Below, one piece after another: positions 1-12,629 of a stretch of DNA of 30,508 bases. How positions within the stretch are numbered: position 1 is the stretch's first letter; the number at the start of each line of letters is the position of its first letter. The position numbers were made by a program, and so were the translations under genes. The notes below the pieces were generated by a model. It was not told where the DNA came from. It saw nothing but the letters and a program-made list of their open reading frames with translations, and ran no database searches. Source of the stretch: Azolla caroliniana (lineage: Eukaryota > Plantae > Polypodiophyta); assembly GCA_043228905.1 (NCBI GenBank), contig JBHGNT010000373.1, forward strand, positions 1 through 30,508, given 5' to 3'.

Positions 1-150
1 AGTTTGGGGTTTTCCACGTAAACCTCCTGTGTATATTCTTCTTCTTTGCGTCGCGTTTTTTTTATTTCCTGTTTTTCTGTGTATCATTCTAAGCTCGGTT
101 GTGGCCGAGCGTTGCGCATAAGGATCGTTCAGTTCCCGTCACCACAAACA
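1..150 (+). mobile_element. 3' end (U5) of an LTR inserted into the gag region of the downstream copia element
   Basis: Ends in ...CAAACA at 150. Shares GGGTTTTCCACGT, a T-rich tract and GGTTGTGGCCG with the 3' part of the LTR at 13154-13841. Copia gag-like sequence follows directly, with no PBS. Confidence 0.55.
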
Positions 151-3100
151 TTGTCATATAACAATCGTTAAAAGCCTAGATCTGACAATTACAGATACAC
201 TGAAGTCTCTAATTTGAGAAAGGGAAATGAATCACAGATAACTTCATCAAAATAGCATGGTGGAGGCTTCAAACTAATCAACAGGTATTGCAAAAGAGAA
301 GGGCACACCAAGAGGGTATGTTGATTTAAGCAATTTGTAGAAAATAAGAAACAACCACAAGCCAACAATGTCATTTTAGAGGATAAATCTGATGATAAAT
401 CAGAATGCTATTCAAAATCAAGAGATGATTATGACGACGTGCGAGAAGAAGGAAACATTATTCAAGCATACCACATCATTGCAGAAGAATCGAAAACAGA
501 TTATGACACATGGTACCTGGATACTGGTGTCACACACCATCTCACATACCGAAGAGACTAGTTAGACGATTATCAACTTCTCTCCAATCAGTTGCAGGTG
601 ATTTTTGGTGATAAAGGAAAGAAATCTGCAATTGGTAAAGGTACAATTAAAATCAAACTTTCAAAAGATCATCAAATTATTGTTCATAATGTGTATTATG
701 TGCTTGGATTGACAAAACATCTATTATCATACAGACAAGCTACAATAGATGGACTTGCAATTCAGTTTTGCAGAGATAAAGCAATTCTACAATTTCAAGA
801 TGGTAACTCATCCATTCAGATGGTCTATCCTAAAGAACAACATCTGTATCCAATCCATAATCAATCAGCATATGCATTAGTTGCACCTGTCCAAACAAAG
901 AAACAATCAATGCACTCAGCTACGTATTATGGCATTGTCTTTTTGGTCACATGCATATTTCAACACTTCAACAATGTCAACAACTAAAAAGAATGAAAGG
1001 ATTACCAGAACTAGGCTTCAAATCTATTTCTATATGTGAAAGCTGCTTGTTCGGAAAGATGTCCCATCAGCCATTTGCCAAAAGCAAGACTGTTATAGAA
1101 TTCCCACTTCAACTTTTTCATACAGACCTATGTGGGCCATTTCCTGTACCGTCTCTCTCCAAAGCAAGGTATTTCATTTCATTTATTGATAATACTACCA
1201 GATTCACAGTAGTCAGCTTCCTAAAACATAAAAAGTGAGGCATTTGCAGCATTCTGTAAATACAAACAACTTGAAGAAAATCAAACAGCAAGAACCATTA
1301 AAAAGGTGAGAAGCGATAATGGTGGAGAATATGTACCCCAAGCATGGGAGAATTTTTTCGACAAAAATGGAATAATTCATCAAAAAACAGAACCCTACAC
1401 TCCACAACAAAATGACATCACTGAAAGAAAGAATAGAATGTTGTTAAATGTTGCTCGTAGTCTGCTCAAAACGGAACAAATGAAACAACAATTCTGGGAA
1501 GATGCAATCTCCACAACCTGCTATCTGCAAAATAGGACTCCTCACACTACATTACAAGGTGAAATCCCATTTACAATATGGTATGGTGACGTACCTGATG
1601 TTCCCATCTCAAAAAATTTGGTGCAGTAGTGTATGTATATGTAAATCCACATCACAGATCAAAGCTGGATGATAGATGCTTCAGAGGACAATTCATTGGG
1701 TATGGGGAGCAAAATGGTCTCAAAGTATACAAAATATTCAATCCACAAACAAGTAAAACAATTTACAATAGGTCAGTAAAATTTGATGGGTTGTCTCTTT
1801 TACAGAGAAATGGAGATACTATAATTAGTGAAGATGGAGAAGATCTTGGATGTCTACCACACTTGGTGGAAACTGAGCACAACAGTATTTACCCGAATGC
1901 GTCGTCTTGGATTACATCTCCTTATGATGCAGCAAAAGAGTCTCCATCACGGATGCACACGAAATCCCAGCATCAAGGGACAACCATCGAGAACTCAAGC
2001 CCCTATGTTTCATGTCACAACGACCCTACTGCATGCTCTCAGCCTGACATGCTAAATATAATAACCTCATCATCTCCATTAACAACAGAGAAATAGTCTC
2101 ATAGGTACCACAGAATAGATGAGAGTAGGAATACTTGCCGTTGCGGCCGATCTGGACCGCTACTTTCTGCAGCCGTCGCAATGGGGCCACTACCTATGTG
2201 CTTGAAGGAAAACTCACACATAAATGATAGAATGACAAAATCTGCGAGTAGAGCAAAAAAGGGGGAAAGTAACCTATGCAAGAACTCTACGCAACTGCAA
2301 CTACCATCGACAGGTATTTTGAATTTGCCATCGACTCTAAAATTTCAGCCTTTGCCACGTATGTCAAAGATGCAAGCATCGATTTTGCTCCAATTCTAAC
2401 TCTAAAACAGGTTCTCTGAAGCAATGAAAAGGAAAGATGTCTACAAACAGTACAAATCGAGGCAGATGCACTGTACAAAAACAAGACATGGAGCTTGGTT
2501 CCAAAACCATCAAAATCAAACATTATTAGTTGTAAGTGGTTATTTACAAAAGAAATTGATGCTCAAGGCAATTCTATTTGGTTCAAAGCTCGACTGGTAG
2601 CCAGAGGGTTTACTTAGATTCCGGGAGTTGACTATCATGAGACTTTCTCTCCCACACTTAAACTCGCTTCTCTCCATCTCATATTTTCCATTACTGCATA
2701 TTTAAATTTAGAACTCCATCATGTTGACATTGAGACAACTTTCCTACATGGAGATTTGAAGGAGGATATCTACATGGAGCAGCTCTCAATTCTTCAAGAT
2801 AGTGCACATCCCAACTATGTATGCAAATTGCATAAACCTCCCTATGGCTTGAAGCAATCAACGCATCAATGGTATGCCAAACTCCATAACTTTCTCCTTC
2901 ACAATGGTTTTATGCAACTACAATCAAAACCAACATTGTACATCTGCAAGCAAGATTCCAATTTCCTCTTATTAGGAGTTTATGTGGATGACTTACTAAT
3001 TGTTGGTACCTCCCAGCATGACATTCTTCAATTTGTCAAGGAGTTACAAACTTTCCCACCAAGGACCTTGGAGAACTTGAATGCTTTCTTGGTCTAGAAG

Positions 3101-3980
3101 TCAAGCGGAATCGCAGTATGGGAATCCTCTCCATCTCCCAAAATAAATTAGTTCATGGTATGCTTCAAAAGTTTGATATGATGGATTGCTCCTCCATTGC
3201 TCCTCCACTCACTGTTCCTTTCCATGTATCTAGCTCTAACTCCCCCTCTACTCCTGAAGAAGTTTCTTTTATGAAAAATAGACCATATCGCCAAATCCTT
3301 GGTAGTTTGCGGTACTTAGTGAGCTACACCCCCCCTCAACTATCATTCTCCACAGGTTTTCTATCACATTTTATGGAGCATCCAAGCCCCCATCATTGGG
3401 AAGCCTTGAAGCATGTCCTCTGATACTTAAAATACACAAGTGATATGACCCTCTCTTACAAAGCCTTGCCCACTTTCTCTAAAGATGGAATGGTGGCTCC
3501 ACTACATGGCCAGACAGATGCAGACTGGGGTGGTGACAAAGATACCTCACGATCTACATCCAGATATCTCTTCATATTCAGTGGTGGTGCCATCACTTGG
3601 AAGACAAAGAAACAATCTACGGTGGCATTGTCCTCCACAGAGGCCGAGTGTATTATTGCCATCTTGGTCACTAAAAAGGGGCTTTGGCTAAAATCCACTT
3701 TTTATGAACTCAACATTATCAAGATTAATGAGTTCCAGCTTTGGTGTGATAATAAGTCATGTGTTATGATAGCACGGAATCCAAATATTACTGAATAGAA
3801 CAAGCACATTCAGGCCCACTATCATTTTTTGTGTGAATTGTTTGAGGATGGTACCATTCTCCTTTATTATACTCCTACCCTCCCTCCATATGTGGGCAGA
3901 TTTCTTGACCAAACCAATGCCTGTTGTCAAACATTAGTCTTGTTGCCAACATGTTGGCCTCAAATGTGGTGCTAGAGTTA
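151..3980 (+). pseudogene. Decayed Ty1/copia gag-pol (PR-INT-RT-RNaseH)
   Basis: Degenerate Zn knuckle (YCKREGHTKRVC, ~285-320); protease DTWYLDTGVTHH (~505-540); GAG-pre-integrase WH..GH..CESC; integrase HTDLCGP / RSDNGGEY / PQQN..ERKNR; RT FLHGDLKEDIYMEQ, YGLKQS, YVDDL; RNaseH DADWGG..STEAE..CDN..ADFLTKP. Copia domain order, with many stops and frameshifts. Confidence 0.95.
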
Positions 3981-3988
3981 CGTGAGGG

Positions 3989-4643
3989 TGTTAGAAACAA
4001 CAAAACAGTTTCAGAGCAACTACTTTTAGTTGCCACATTAACTCTACACCACATCTAGACTAGTTACTATTATTGTTTTCTTTTTATTAGTAACAATATT
4101 TTTCACGTTGTGAGCTCACAACGAACAACATGTAGGAGATGTGCCCAATCGCCGTAACAATATTTTTCACGTTGTGCCCAATCGCCGTAACGGCGCCTCC
4201 CCGGAACACACGCGCTCAGCCAACGTCCCAATGCGCCGAACAATTAGACAACACTACGGACTCAACTATAAAACCATATTCTTCATCAAACGAGGAAACC
4301 ACACACATTAATACACATTAGAGCCCATCACTTTGTGTTTCATTTGAACCACAGCATTTCATGCAACTTAGATCACACTCACTATTGTGTGGGACATGGC
4401 ATTGGGGTACAAGTGATGACAATTGTCATCTATGCACAGTTTGCTCAAAACAACTTCCAGAGTCTAAATATAAGACTTTGGTACAATGCTTGACCTTTGA
4501 TTGCATCCAACTATGCCTTCTACAAATCATTAAGCAAACCCAATCCTTGCATGATTTTTTCTCACGAAACATAGTGTGCATTCTCAATTGCAACATTCCT
4601 TAGTAAAATTCTTGAACATCAAGAGTTGTTACTAACTTTCACA
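3989..4643 (+). mobile_element. Probable 3' LTR of the copia element
   Basis: Purine run GTGAGGG followed by TGTTAGAAAC at 3989, just after RNaseH. TATA-like CTATAAAA at ~4266 and short internal direct repeats (4090-4191). The 3' end (..TTTCACA ~4643) is uncertain. Confidence 0.6.
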
Positions 4644-4913
4644 TGCATTATACGAAAATGTTATATTTTTTGTCTCATAGGCTATGTCTGACCTCCAAAG
4701 ATGATAATAAAGTCTATCAATTTATAACACCTCCCTTTGATTCAAATGACAGATTTGCTTCATGCCAACCATTGATAATCTTCTTCACGTTTCTATGGGA
4801 TATTTTCAAAATATTTATCTATCCTCATCTTATATAGGCTTTCACATTTCCATTTGAGTTTTAATAATTGAAAGATTGCATTCTCAAGCAAATTGGAAGG
4901 GAAGGTTTCACGC

Positions 4914-4934
4914 ATATATATATATATATATATA
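4914..4934. repeat. (AT)n microsatellite
   Basis: Direct reading. Confidence 0.9.
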
Positions 4935-5584
4935 GGAATGCGCTATTTGCCCCTCACTTTAGAGACTGCTCTATCTTGGATTGGCCTATCTTGGTTAAGT
5001 TTTTGACGGTAGAACCCAATACCAAAGGTGTTTCCTTTGCTTTAGATTGGATTGGTCCATCTTAGAGATCTTTTGAAGTTTAAAGTTAAGTCCATCTAAA
5101 TCCACAATGTTAAGTTGCATAGTTAACATATGATAAGGTGCTTATGCAATTCTAATTATTTGGTTATGAACTTATATTTATTTTTGGTTGTTCCAAAAGA
5201 TGAGATGGTATTTTAAGACGTAATCTCTAGTTTGGTTGGATGGGTAATGAAGACAAAAGTGGATTCAACAATTATTGGCTCTAATTCTTTGCATGGAAAA
5301 TGGAAGTATCCACTTGATTTGATCTAATGACTTTTCTATATTCTAGAATTAGGATTCAAAATAATCAATCAATTTGTAGGCTCATGATGAAATCCTAGTT
5401 GAAGTGTTAATCTAGATTTTATCAAAGGCAAATAAGAACTTCAAATTGGTTATCCATAGAAGTGGTTCAATTTGAGTAATCAATTGACATGAAACCCCTT
5501 GATTTGTTGAGGTTCTACATGAAATAGTGAAGGGATGCAATAAGCCATCAAAAAGTAAATAATTTGAATGTTCATGTTTGTTCA

Positions 5585-5711
5585 TTCATATTTCTTTTAT
5601 AAAGATTTTTAAACACGTCTAGCTAGAGAATCTCATGCAAAAGTGCTTGTGAGTTCATGTTTCTTTAATAAAGTCTTTTAAACATTATGTTGTCTGGCTA
5701 GAGTATCTCAT
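5585..5711. repeat. Imperfect ~69-bp-period tandem duplication downstream of TIC55
   Basis: TTCAT.TTTCTTT.ATAAAG..TTTTAAACA...GTCT.GCTAGAG.ATCTCAT occurs at 5585 and 5654. Confidence 0.7.
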
Positions 5712-5827
5712 CCCAGTTTTGCACATATTATTCTTAATCATGAGAAAAGTAATGACTAATATGTTAGAAAACTATTACTTCTTGTTTGAAATAATATCAA
5801 CTTTAAGTATTGATTGTTTTTCTTAAC

Positions 5828-7170
5828 AAACAATAGATTCACAATGGTGATACAATGAATTGCAAGTGACAGATTCCTTTGCAATGTTCTGAATTGGTTT
5901 GTCAATCAACATAGCATGTAGCATAACATCCCATCAGTGTCGATGAGCCCTAGCAGTATTTGTGGTCAACATATTGATACCGAATTGGCAGGCATACGAA
6001 CCTAGCGCACATAGGACGGAAGAGAGAATGAGACCAAACCGCAATGGGGAACGTGTATACAACACCGTGCCTAGAGCTCCACAAAGCAAAGCAAAGCCAA
6101 TCAAAATCTTTTGTCCCAATAGGAAGTTTTTGAGAGCATTCCGGCACATGGCACAATGTACAACATGTCGAAAGTAGCGATTGGTCGGGTCCGAGGAGAA
6201 TGGCAAACCTGCACCCATAATTGTAGCCCCTTTCATGGGTTGGGATGATGCAATTGCTGCCACTAACCCCGCTGGAGCAGCCTCTACGTTGGGATCTGTG
6301 GATGGGAGCAGGAGTGTCTTGTGGCCAAAATAATATGGCATTCCATGGCCTACTTTATCTAACCACTTCCGATACTCCATCACAAAGACATCCGAAGTCC
6401 GAAGGTTTAGATATAACCGACTTGTGGGCACCTTTTCTCTCATTAGAACCTCGTTCTGTGATGCAAGAAACCCCATGTCTTGCTCTAGCACTTTATTTGA
6501 CATTTGGTGGAAGAGCCATTCGGGTAATAGCAACATATTCTTATTTTTTACTCCCACTGTTAGAAAGCCAAACCGAACGATTAGCATAGATTTTCCTTGT
6601 CCGGAAGGTCGACAAAGTAAGATGGCAGTGCCCCTCCTCTCGCTCCCATCCTTCGCTATGATCTTTGTCACAGTGGATGACACACATGGGGCTTGAAAAC
6701 GTGTGAATGCGGGGAATCCCTCTTTACTATATTCTCCCCATCTCCCAGCAAACCCCATTGATGTTCTTTCGGTTATCTCAAACTTAAGTGCCCCGGCATT
6801 CTCTCGTTTCGCCGTGAAGTCAGTCCTGTCATGTGATATCGGGACATGGGCCGGATCCATCAAATTCTCCAAAAGGATGGAGTGGTCATATGGCAGGGCA
6901 TGAGTGGATGAGAAGTGCCTGTTGTTTGGATCATCAAATTGATCAAAACGAGGGATTTTCGTGGTATCAGCTTTGCTTTTGTCCGTGCCCATCCACACCC
7001 ATACAACCTCTTGGACATCACAAACCGGAAACGAGCGAACGCAAGCCGAATTTGGTATCTTTGCTCCTTTAGGCAGCTGAATCATTAAAAAACGGTATAT
7101 ATTTGTTCATACACAGAAGGTGATTTTAAAACTTGCAATTCATTGTATCACCATTGTGAATCTATTGTTT
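5828..7170. repeat. Perfect 40-bp inverted repeat (5828-5867 / 7131-7170)
   Basis: AAACAATAGATTCACAATGGTGATACAATGAATTGCAAGT and its exact reverse complement. Confidence 0.95.
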
Positions 7171-8486
7171 TGAAAACTACACATAGTTTACATTTCAATG
7201 AGGATTTTGAAACTTTTGTTTCTGCACATTGCTTACATAATGAAAACTAAAACCTTTCGTACATTTCATTGGAGGCTTTTAAAGAAACTTTTAAGCCTTT
7301 TTTTTACTCATTATATGCATATAATTTAAGACCACATGTTACTGCAATAATTTTGGCTCTTCACATAGAAATTACTGTTAGCATTTACCAGCAGAAAAGT
7401 ACCCTTTAATGGGTCTTTAAAGAGCCTTTTCTTTTCCAATCATTCGTCTAATTATCTTTAAAGGGTATGATATAATGGGTTTTTCTTATACATAAGACTA
7501 GTTATTTACTGATGAAAACAAATAGGGGTTTTGAAAGGAAAACGTTTACGGAGTTATGTTTTCAAGTTTTACTTACCTTATTCAGACAGTATAGAAAACA
7601 GCTATCATTAATGCTCTACTCATCCACTTAATTGATCAACAAACCTATTTATACAAATAACGTATGATTTTTAACATAGTATCAGTGGATTAAGACATTT
7701 TAAGAAGAGATTTATGGTTAGGGCACTAGAATCCTGGACAAATGAGTGAGATTATGATGATAATATTTGGGTTTTTACACATGAAGACATCAATTAAACA
7801 ATGACTAATGTAGAGACTAATTGATTATTAGGGACTGAATTAGGGGTTTGAAGTTCAGACGTTCATGCATACATACATACAGGAGCATAAGTACAATAGA
7901 GAGATCACCTGAGGGATCTTGACACACTGACCATCACCCTCAAACTGCCAACCGTGATATAAGCATTCCAACCTACCATCGATAACTTGTCCCTCTGATA
8001 GCTTCGCCAACCTGACCAGCATGTGACAAATGACCACTTCAAAATGATCGATCAGAAACTGTTAGCTTAAATTCCATTTTGACCTAGGGACTCTATATAA
8101 CAATCAAACCCTGGTCTTATGTCCAGAACATAGCTATCTAGATGCTAATCTCAATTGAAAATACTATCAAGAGAGATGATGCGTCTACCTCCTCCTCCTC
8201 CTCCTCCTCCTCTTCTTCTTCTTCTTCTTCTTCTTCTTCTTCTTCTGGTTCGGCAACTAGCTTAAGTTTTTCATTTCAGCTTAAGCATTTTTCTTTCTGT
8301 TACAATTTGATGATCACATATCTACACAGCTGGAAAGAGTGCTTTGTCCCAATTGTTGGTCCCATGGATCATGTTAGGCACCATCATCTCATGTCTAATA
8401 TATCATCATCTCATGCCATTGGCATCCAAGGCTCCTGAGAACAACAGATTTGCACTCATAAACACACACCTAAACATCCACTCTCA

Positions 8487-8517
<31 letters not shown>

Positions 8518-10012
8518 AGGGGGAGCAATCGACCTTCTCTCTTCTTACAAGCTGGTCTCTCATACACCATGTACTCATGTCCCCTCTCATTTGAGTACCC
8601 CCAATAAGTGTTCTACTCCTCTAAAATCTCACCAAACTGCTAAGCTTTTTTTCTTTATTGATCCTCCTGGACCTCTCAAAATTCCTTCTTTACATGTGCC
8701 TGCCATCCTGTGAAGAAGCAGGGGAATATTCAGTAATCGGGGGGAGGGGGGGGGGGGATTTGATGTAGAACTAATGGCTCGGTAGGTCGATGTACACATA
8801 CTAATCATTACCTAAGATTGCAGGATAACACTAACTGCCCAGTAGGCCAAGTACACATACTAATCAGTACCTAAAGTTACTCAGAGGCAGCTTAACACTA
8901 ACCACTCGGTAGGTTTAAGTACATGTACTAATCATGTCCTGAGGTTATAATGTAATTAATCCATTGGTAGCCTACTTGAACATACAAGTTGTGAGCTAAG
9001 GCTATGGTTACGCAATCTGTAGGGTATTCAAGTATATACTATTCATGACCTATGGTTATATGATTAAGAAATTGGTATGCTAAGTAAGCATACTAATCAT
9101 GAACTAAACTTATAATTAAGTAGGCATGCTTGTTAATCAACTCTTCACCTAGTAAAATATATTAGTCATGTTTAAGATCATATCGGCTAATCAAACGTAT
9201 CAAACATGTTAAGAAAATGGTAGATTAAGAACACATACTAGTAGACTCTGGGATTAGATCAAGCCTATATAGAAAATTCCATGGAAAATGGAGCAGACTT
9301 GGGATTTTTCCCACCCTGAATCAATTGTATGTCGATAACCTAAAATGCTCACTTCGCAATGATGTAGCATCGAGAAGGTTTGACAAGGAAGCAGATTTTG
9401 CACAGATATTACAGAAGTCACAGATCCATATATTTGGAAAGACACTAATCATGACTATAAGCAAAAAAAATCGACGATAATGAAGCACGGGATTAGTTAC
9501 CTGTGTGGGCACCGATCTTCATAGCAATGAAGGATGCCATGGCCATCATAGTGAAGAACAAGTTGTTTGTGGAAGACTTGGAGGGCAAGGGGGCCATCGC
9601 GAGGCACGTCTCGTGTGAGGTAGAGAGGGTACCATTGATCCTCCCAACTATAAAAATCTCCCACGGATTGCTCCATTTTCTCATCTTCTATCAGGATGGT
9701 ATCAGAGAAATCACCATCATGAGAGCGTAAAGCGGTTTCTGATGGAGGAAAAGAGGAGGTATTGGATCCATGGAGAGAGTTCTGGGATCCAGGAAGAACA
9801 GATTCGGTTGGGATCCAGTTCGATTTGCACATGGAGCGATCAGAGGTGTGGCAGGTTACGAGTGGTCGGATTGATTGAGGGTTGTGAGGAGGCCAAAATC
9901 TGGGATTAGGGCGGCATGGGATCACGCAGAGAGGATGAGAGGAGGAAGCAAGCGAAGGAGGAAGGAAGAAGAAGCCATGTGGCAGAGCCATAGCCGCCAT
10001 GGCCATGGCCAT
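5934..10012 (-). CDS. TIC55: Protein TIC55, chloroplast Rieske non-heme iron oxygenase (PAO/LLS1 family), 3 exons, 585 aa
   Basis: Exons 10012-9501, 8011-7909 and 7076-5934 have GT-AG introns and consistent phase (512+103+1143=1758 nt). Ser/Pro/Ala-rich transit peptide; WEDQWYPLY; Rieske CPHR...CLYHGWQF; mononuclear Fe motif [13 protein letters not shown]; CxxC (HVVHCAMCR); two C-terminal hydrophobic helices. Confidence 0.93.
8188..8246. repeat. Compound (CCT)n(CTT)n microsatellite in TIC55 intron 1
   Basis: Direct reading; accounts for the poly-Ser ORF 8142..8438. Confidence 0.95.
8770..9245. repeat. Degenerate ~55-65 bp tandem repeat in TIC55 intron 1
   Basis: Recurring GGTAGG..AAGTACACATACTAATCAT.ACCTAAG core at ~8781, 8841, 8908, 8966, 9019, 9074 and 9219. 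Confidence 0.7.
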
Positions 10013-10015
10013 GTC

Positions 10016-10220
10016 TGTGGAGGATAGAGAACTAATCAATGAGAGACGGATTTAACATGGAAAAACCCTCCATGAGAGGGAAACCATTAAACCGCGGATT
10101 AACGGTTTAAACGGTTCGTGTGCATGTGGAGGATAGAGAACTAATGAGAAGGATTTAATATAAAAAAACCCTCCATGAGAGGGAAACCATGGAACCGCGT
10201 CGTAATGGTTTAAACGGTTC
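10016..10220. repeat. ~100-bp tandem duplication immediately upstream of the TIC55 start codon
   Basis: TGTGGAGGATAGAGAACTAAT...AAAAACCCTCCATGAGAGGGAAACCAT...GGTTTAAACGGTTC at 10016-10117 and 10125-10220. Confidence 0.85.
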
Positions 10221-10727
10221 AGTTCAGTTCTAGATCAGGTTTTTGTAAACGGTTCCGTTCGAGCCTTTAACGGTTTTCGGTTTAAACGGTTTGAAACTAC
10301 ATTTCAAACGGTTTTAAAATTTTAAAATTTTACGTATTGCAGTTTCAAATCAGGTTTTTGTAAATGGTTCAGTTTTGGTTTGGGGGTTTGTTGGTTTCAT
10401 TCGAGCCTTTAACAATTTTCGATTTAAATGGTTTTAAAATTTAAAAATTGGACGTATTGAAAATTCTAAACTTTTTTAAATTAAAATGTAAAATTTTGAA
10501 TTTTCACCTTGCTTGAAAACCAAAGTTGAATCTAACGAAACCTCGGCTTTAACAGTTTAAAGGTTTGAACGTCTCTAAAACCATTAGATTTGAGCTTGAA
10601 TTTACTGTAACGGTTCGGTTTAAATTGTTTGGTGGTTTGGTTTGGTTTGAGTTTCAAAAAATTTAAAGAGTTCCGTTTTTAACGGTTTGAGTATGAGACT
10701 CTCGAACCACACCAAACCGTTGCCGAT
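10090..10727. mobile_element. hAT-like non-autonomous element remnant (AACGGTT/GGTTT subterminal repeats)
   Basis: Dense (A)ACGGTT(T/C) and GGTTT motifs with an AT-rich core, of the same motif class as the arms of the 18565-23768 element. Termini and TSD are not clear. Confidence 0.55.
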
Positions 10728-10960
10728 TGTTAGAAACAACCACGGGACAAAGTCCAAAAGAATCTACTAACAACAAAGAGAATACAATGATGATACAAGC
10801 GTTTCCCCTTGATATGCTTGAGTGAAGTAGAGGTATGTAGAAAGTAACACTACTCACAATGTGGGGACAACAAACCAAAGGAATAACAACTACACTCACA
10901 AACACATGATTGAGAGAGAAGAAACCTTGCCGAACGCGCGTGAATGAGGATGGGTGTGCG
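10728..10960. mobile_element. Possible LTR fragment
   Basis: Begins TGTTAGAAACAAC, identical to the LTR start at 3989. Strong strand bias resembles a U5 read on the - strand. Orientation is ambiguous. Confidence 0.35.
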
Positions 10961-10967
10961 GGACCGG

Positions 10968-12516
10968 ACTACGAAAGATGGGGTTTTCTCCGTCGAAGTT
11001 GGACTCTTCACTCTTCATTCAGTAAGGTTGAAATGGGTTGGTTAGCATATTGTTATATGTGGATGATCTAGTCATCGTCAGCGCTGACCTGGAGGAAATA
11101 GGCCGTGTGAAGTCCCAATTAGCGGCATCATTTGAAATGAAGGATCTGGGGGACCTTCATTACTTCCTCAGGATCAAAGTGATCCACACCCCAAAAGGCA
11201 TATTGATAAGCCAAAGGCATTATGTGTTAAGTATGCTCTTCAAGTTCAGAATGATGAACTGCAAATCCGTCTCAACTCCCCTTGATAGGAATGTCAAGTT
11301 GCACCTCAAATCCAAAACTGCTTGCAACCCGACATGGTTCCAACAAATCGTTGGAAACCTGATATATCTAACCATCACCCAACCAGACCTTTACTATCTG
11401 ATTGGACTGATCAGTCAATTTATGTAGCAACCGACCATCAAACACCTTCAGTGCATGCAAAGAGTATTCAACGACACTAAGGATAGGGTGTTGTTGTATC
11501 GAACCGGTTAGCCAAAGCATTGGTCAGCTACATGGATGCCGATGGGGCCGAAAATGCCAGCGATTGTAGGTCTACATCTGAATATGCATTTTCACTTGGA
11601 AGTGACGTGATTGCATGGAGTAGTAAGACGCAGCCGATAGCTGCATTGTTGAGCACCGAGGCTGAATACAGAGGAGTGGCTTCCGCAACATGCGAAGCTA
11701 TATGACTTAAAAGGTTGTTGAAAGATCTATGTGTAGAGGTGTGCAAGCCGACCGTGATATACTCTGACAACCTTAGCAACATTCAACTAGCCAAGAACCA
11801 AGTCTTCCATGCTCGCACGAATCACATTGAGGTGCACTATCACTTTGTACGCGTGCGGGTTCTCTCTAGTGAAGTAGAACTTGTCTACGTTCTGACATAT
11901 CAACAAGTGGTTGATATCTTCACCAAACCTCTCGGCTTGAACAAGTTGCAATATATTTTTGGGTATGCTTGGCTTGTAGCACCTTGGCATGCCGAACTTG
12001 AGGGGGAGAAGCGAAAATAAGCTGGAGAGGGGCAGAGATGATGTTCGAGAAGTTGAATTAGATATGGAGTCCGATTTCAGAACGGCTGAAGAAGCCGAGG
12101 ATGGATCGAACAAGAGGGCAAGTGGAAGAAGATCGACTAAGTGTAGACTAGCCAGATGCAGGGGGAGCAGCCGAAAGAGAGAGCCGAAGTCAGAGCGAGC
12201 CGAGAGAGGCAAGCCAGGTGGCACAATCAAGAAGGGCAGAGCCAGCCTGAAGGTGAAAGCTAGGACCAAGACATGGTCAGATGTGGTCAAGGGCCTGGGA
12301 AAGGACGAATTGGAGATAGCCAATTCAGTCGAGAGCGGGCACGGATCGGAGATAGCCGATCCCATTGAAATGAGTGATCCGGATGAGATTTATAATGTGA
12401 AGGCCAAGTGGATGAGAGGGCAACCGATGTGGACACCACTACGGAGGAGTCGACGGGTCGAGGGGGGCCAATGTCGCGATAGCAAGAGAGTTTACAAGGG
12501 CCTAAGAGGTAGATGA
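10968..12516 (+). pseudogene. 5'-truncated Ty1/copia RT-RNaseH remnant with C-terminal extension
   Basis: GFSPSKLDSSLF, LYVDDL, FEMKDLGDLHYFL, DAD, STEAEY, YSDN, FHARTNHIEVHYHFVR, DIFTKPL. Contains stops and frameshifts, then a 175-aa charged ORF starting at MPNLRG. Confidence 0.9.
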
Positions 12517-12629
12517 GCCGACCGTAGGGGTCGAGGAGCGCAAAATCAAACGGATCGAGAAGCATTGGATCGTAGGGGTCAAGAAATGCGAGACTAGACC
12601 GGATGAGTAGTGCGAGCAAGGCTTGAAGA

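Noticed and set aside
5962-7072. Several + strand ORFs of 66-114 aa
   Set aside because: Antisense shadows of TIC55 exon 3.
5828-7170. Pack-MULE/TIR transposon that captured TIC55 exon 3
   Set aside because: There is no TSD, and the exon sits in correct order and phase in an intact gene.
8142-8438. Poly-Ser ORF
   Set aside because: Microsatellite inside TIC55 intron 1, on the opposite strand.
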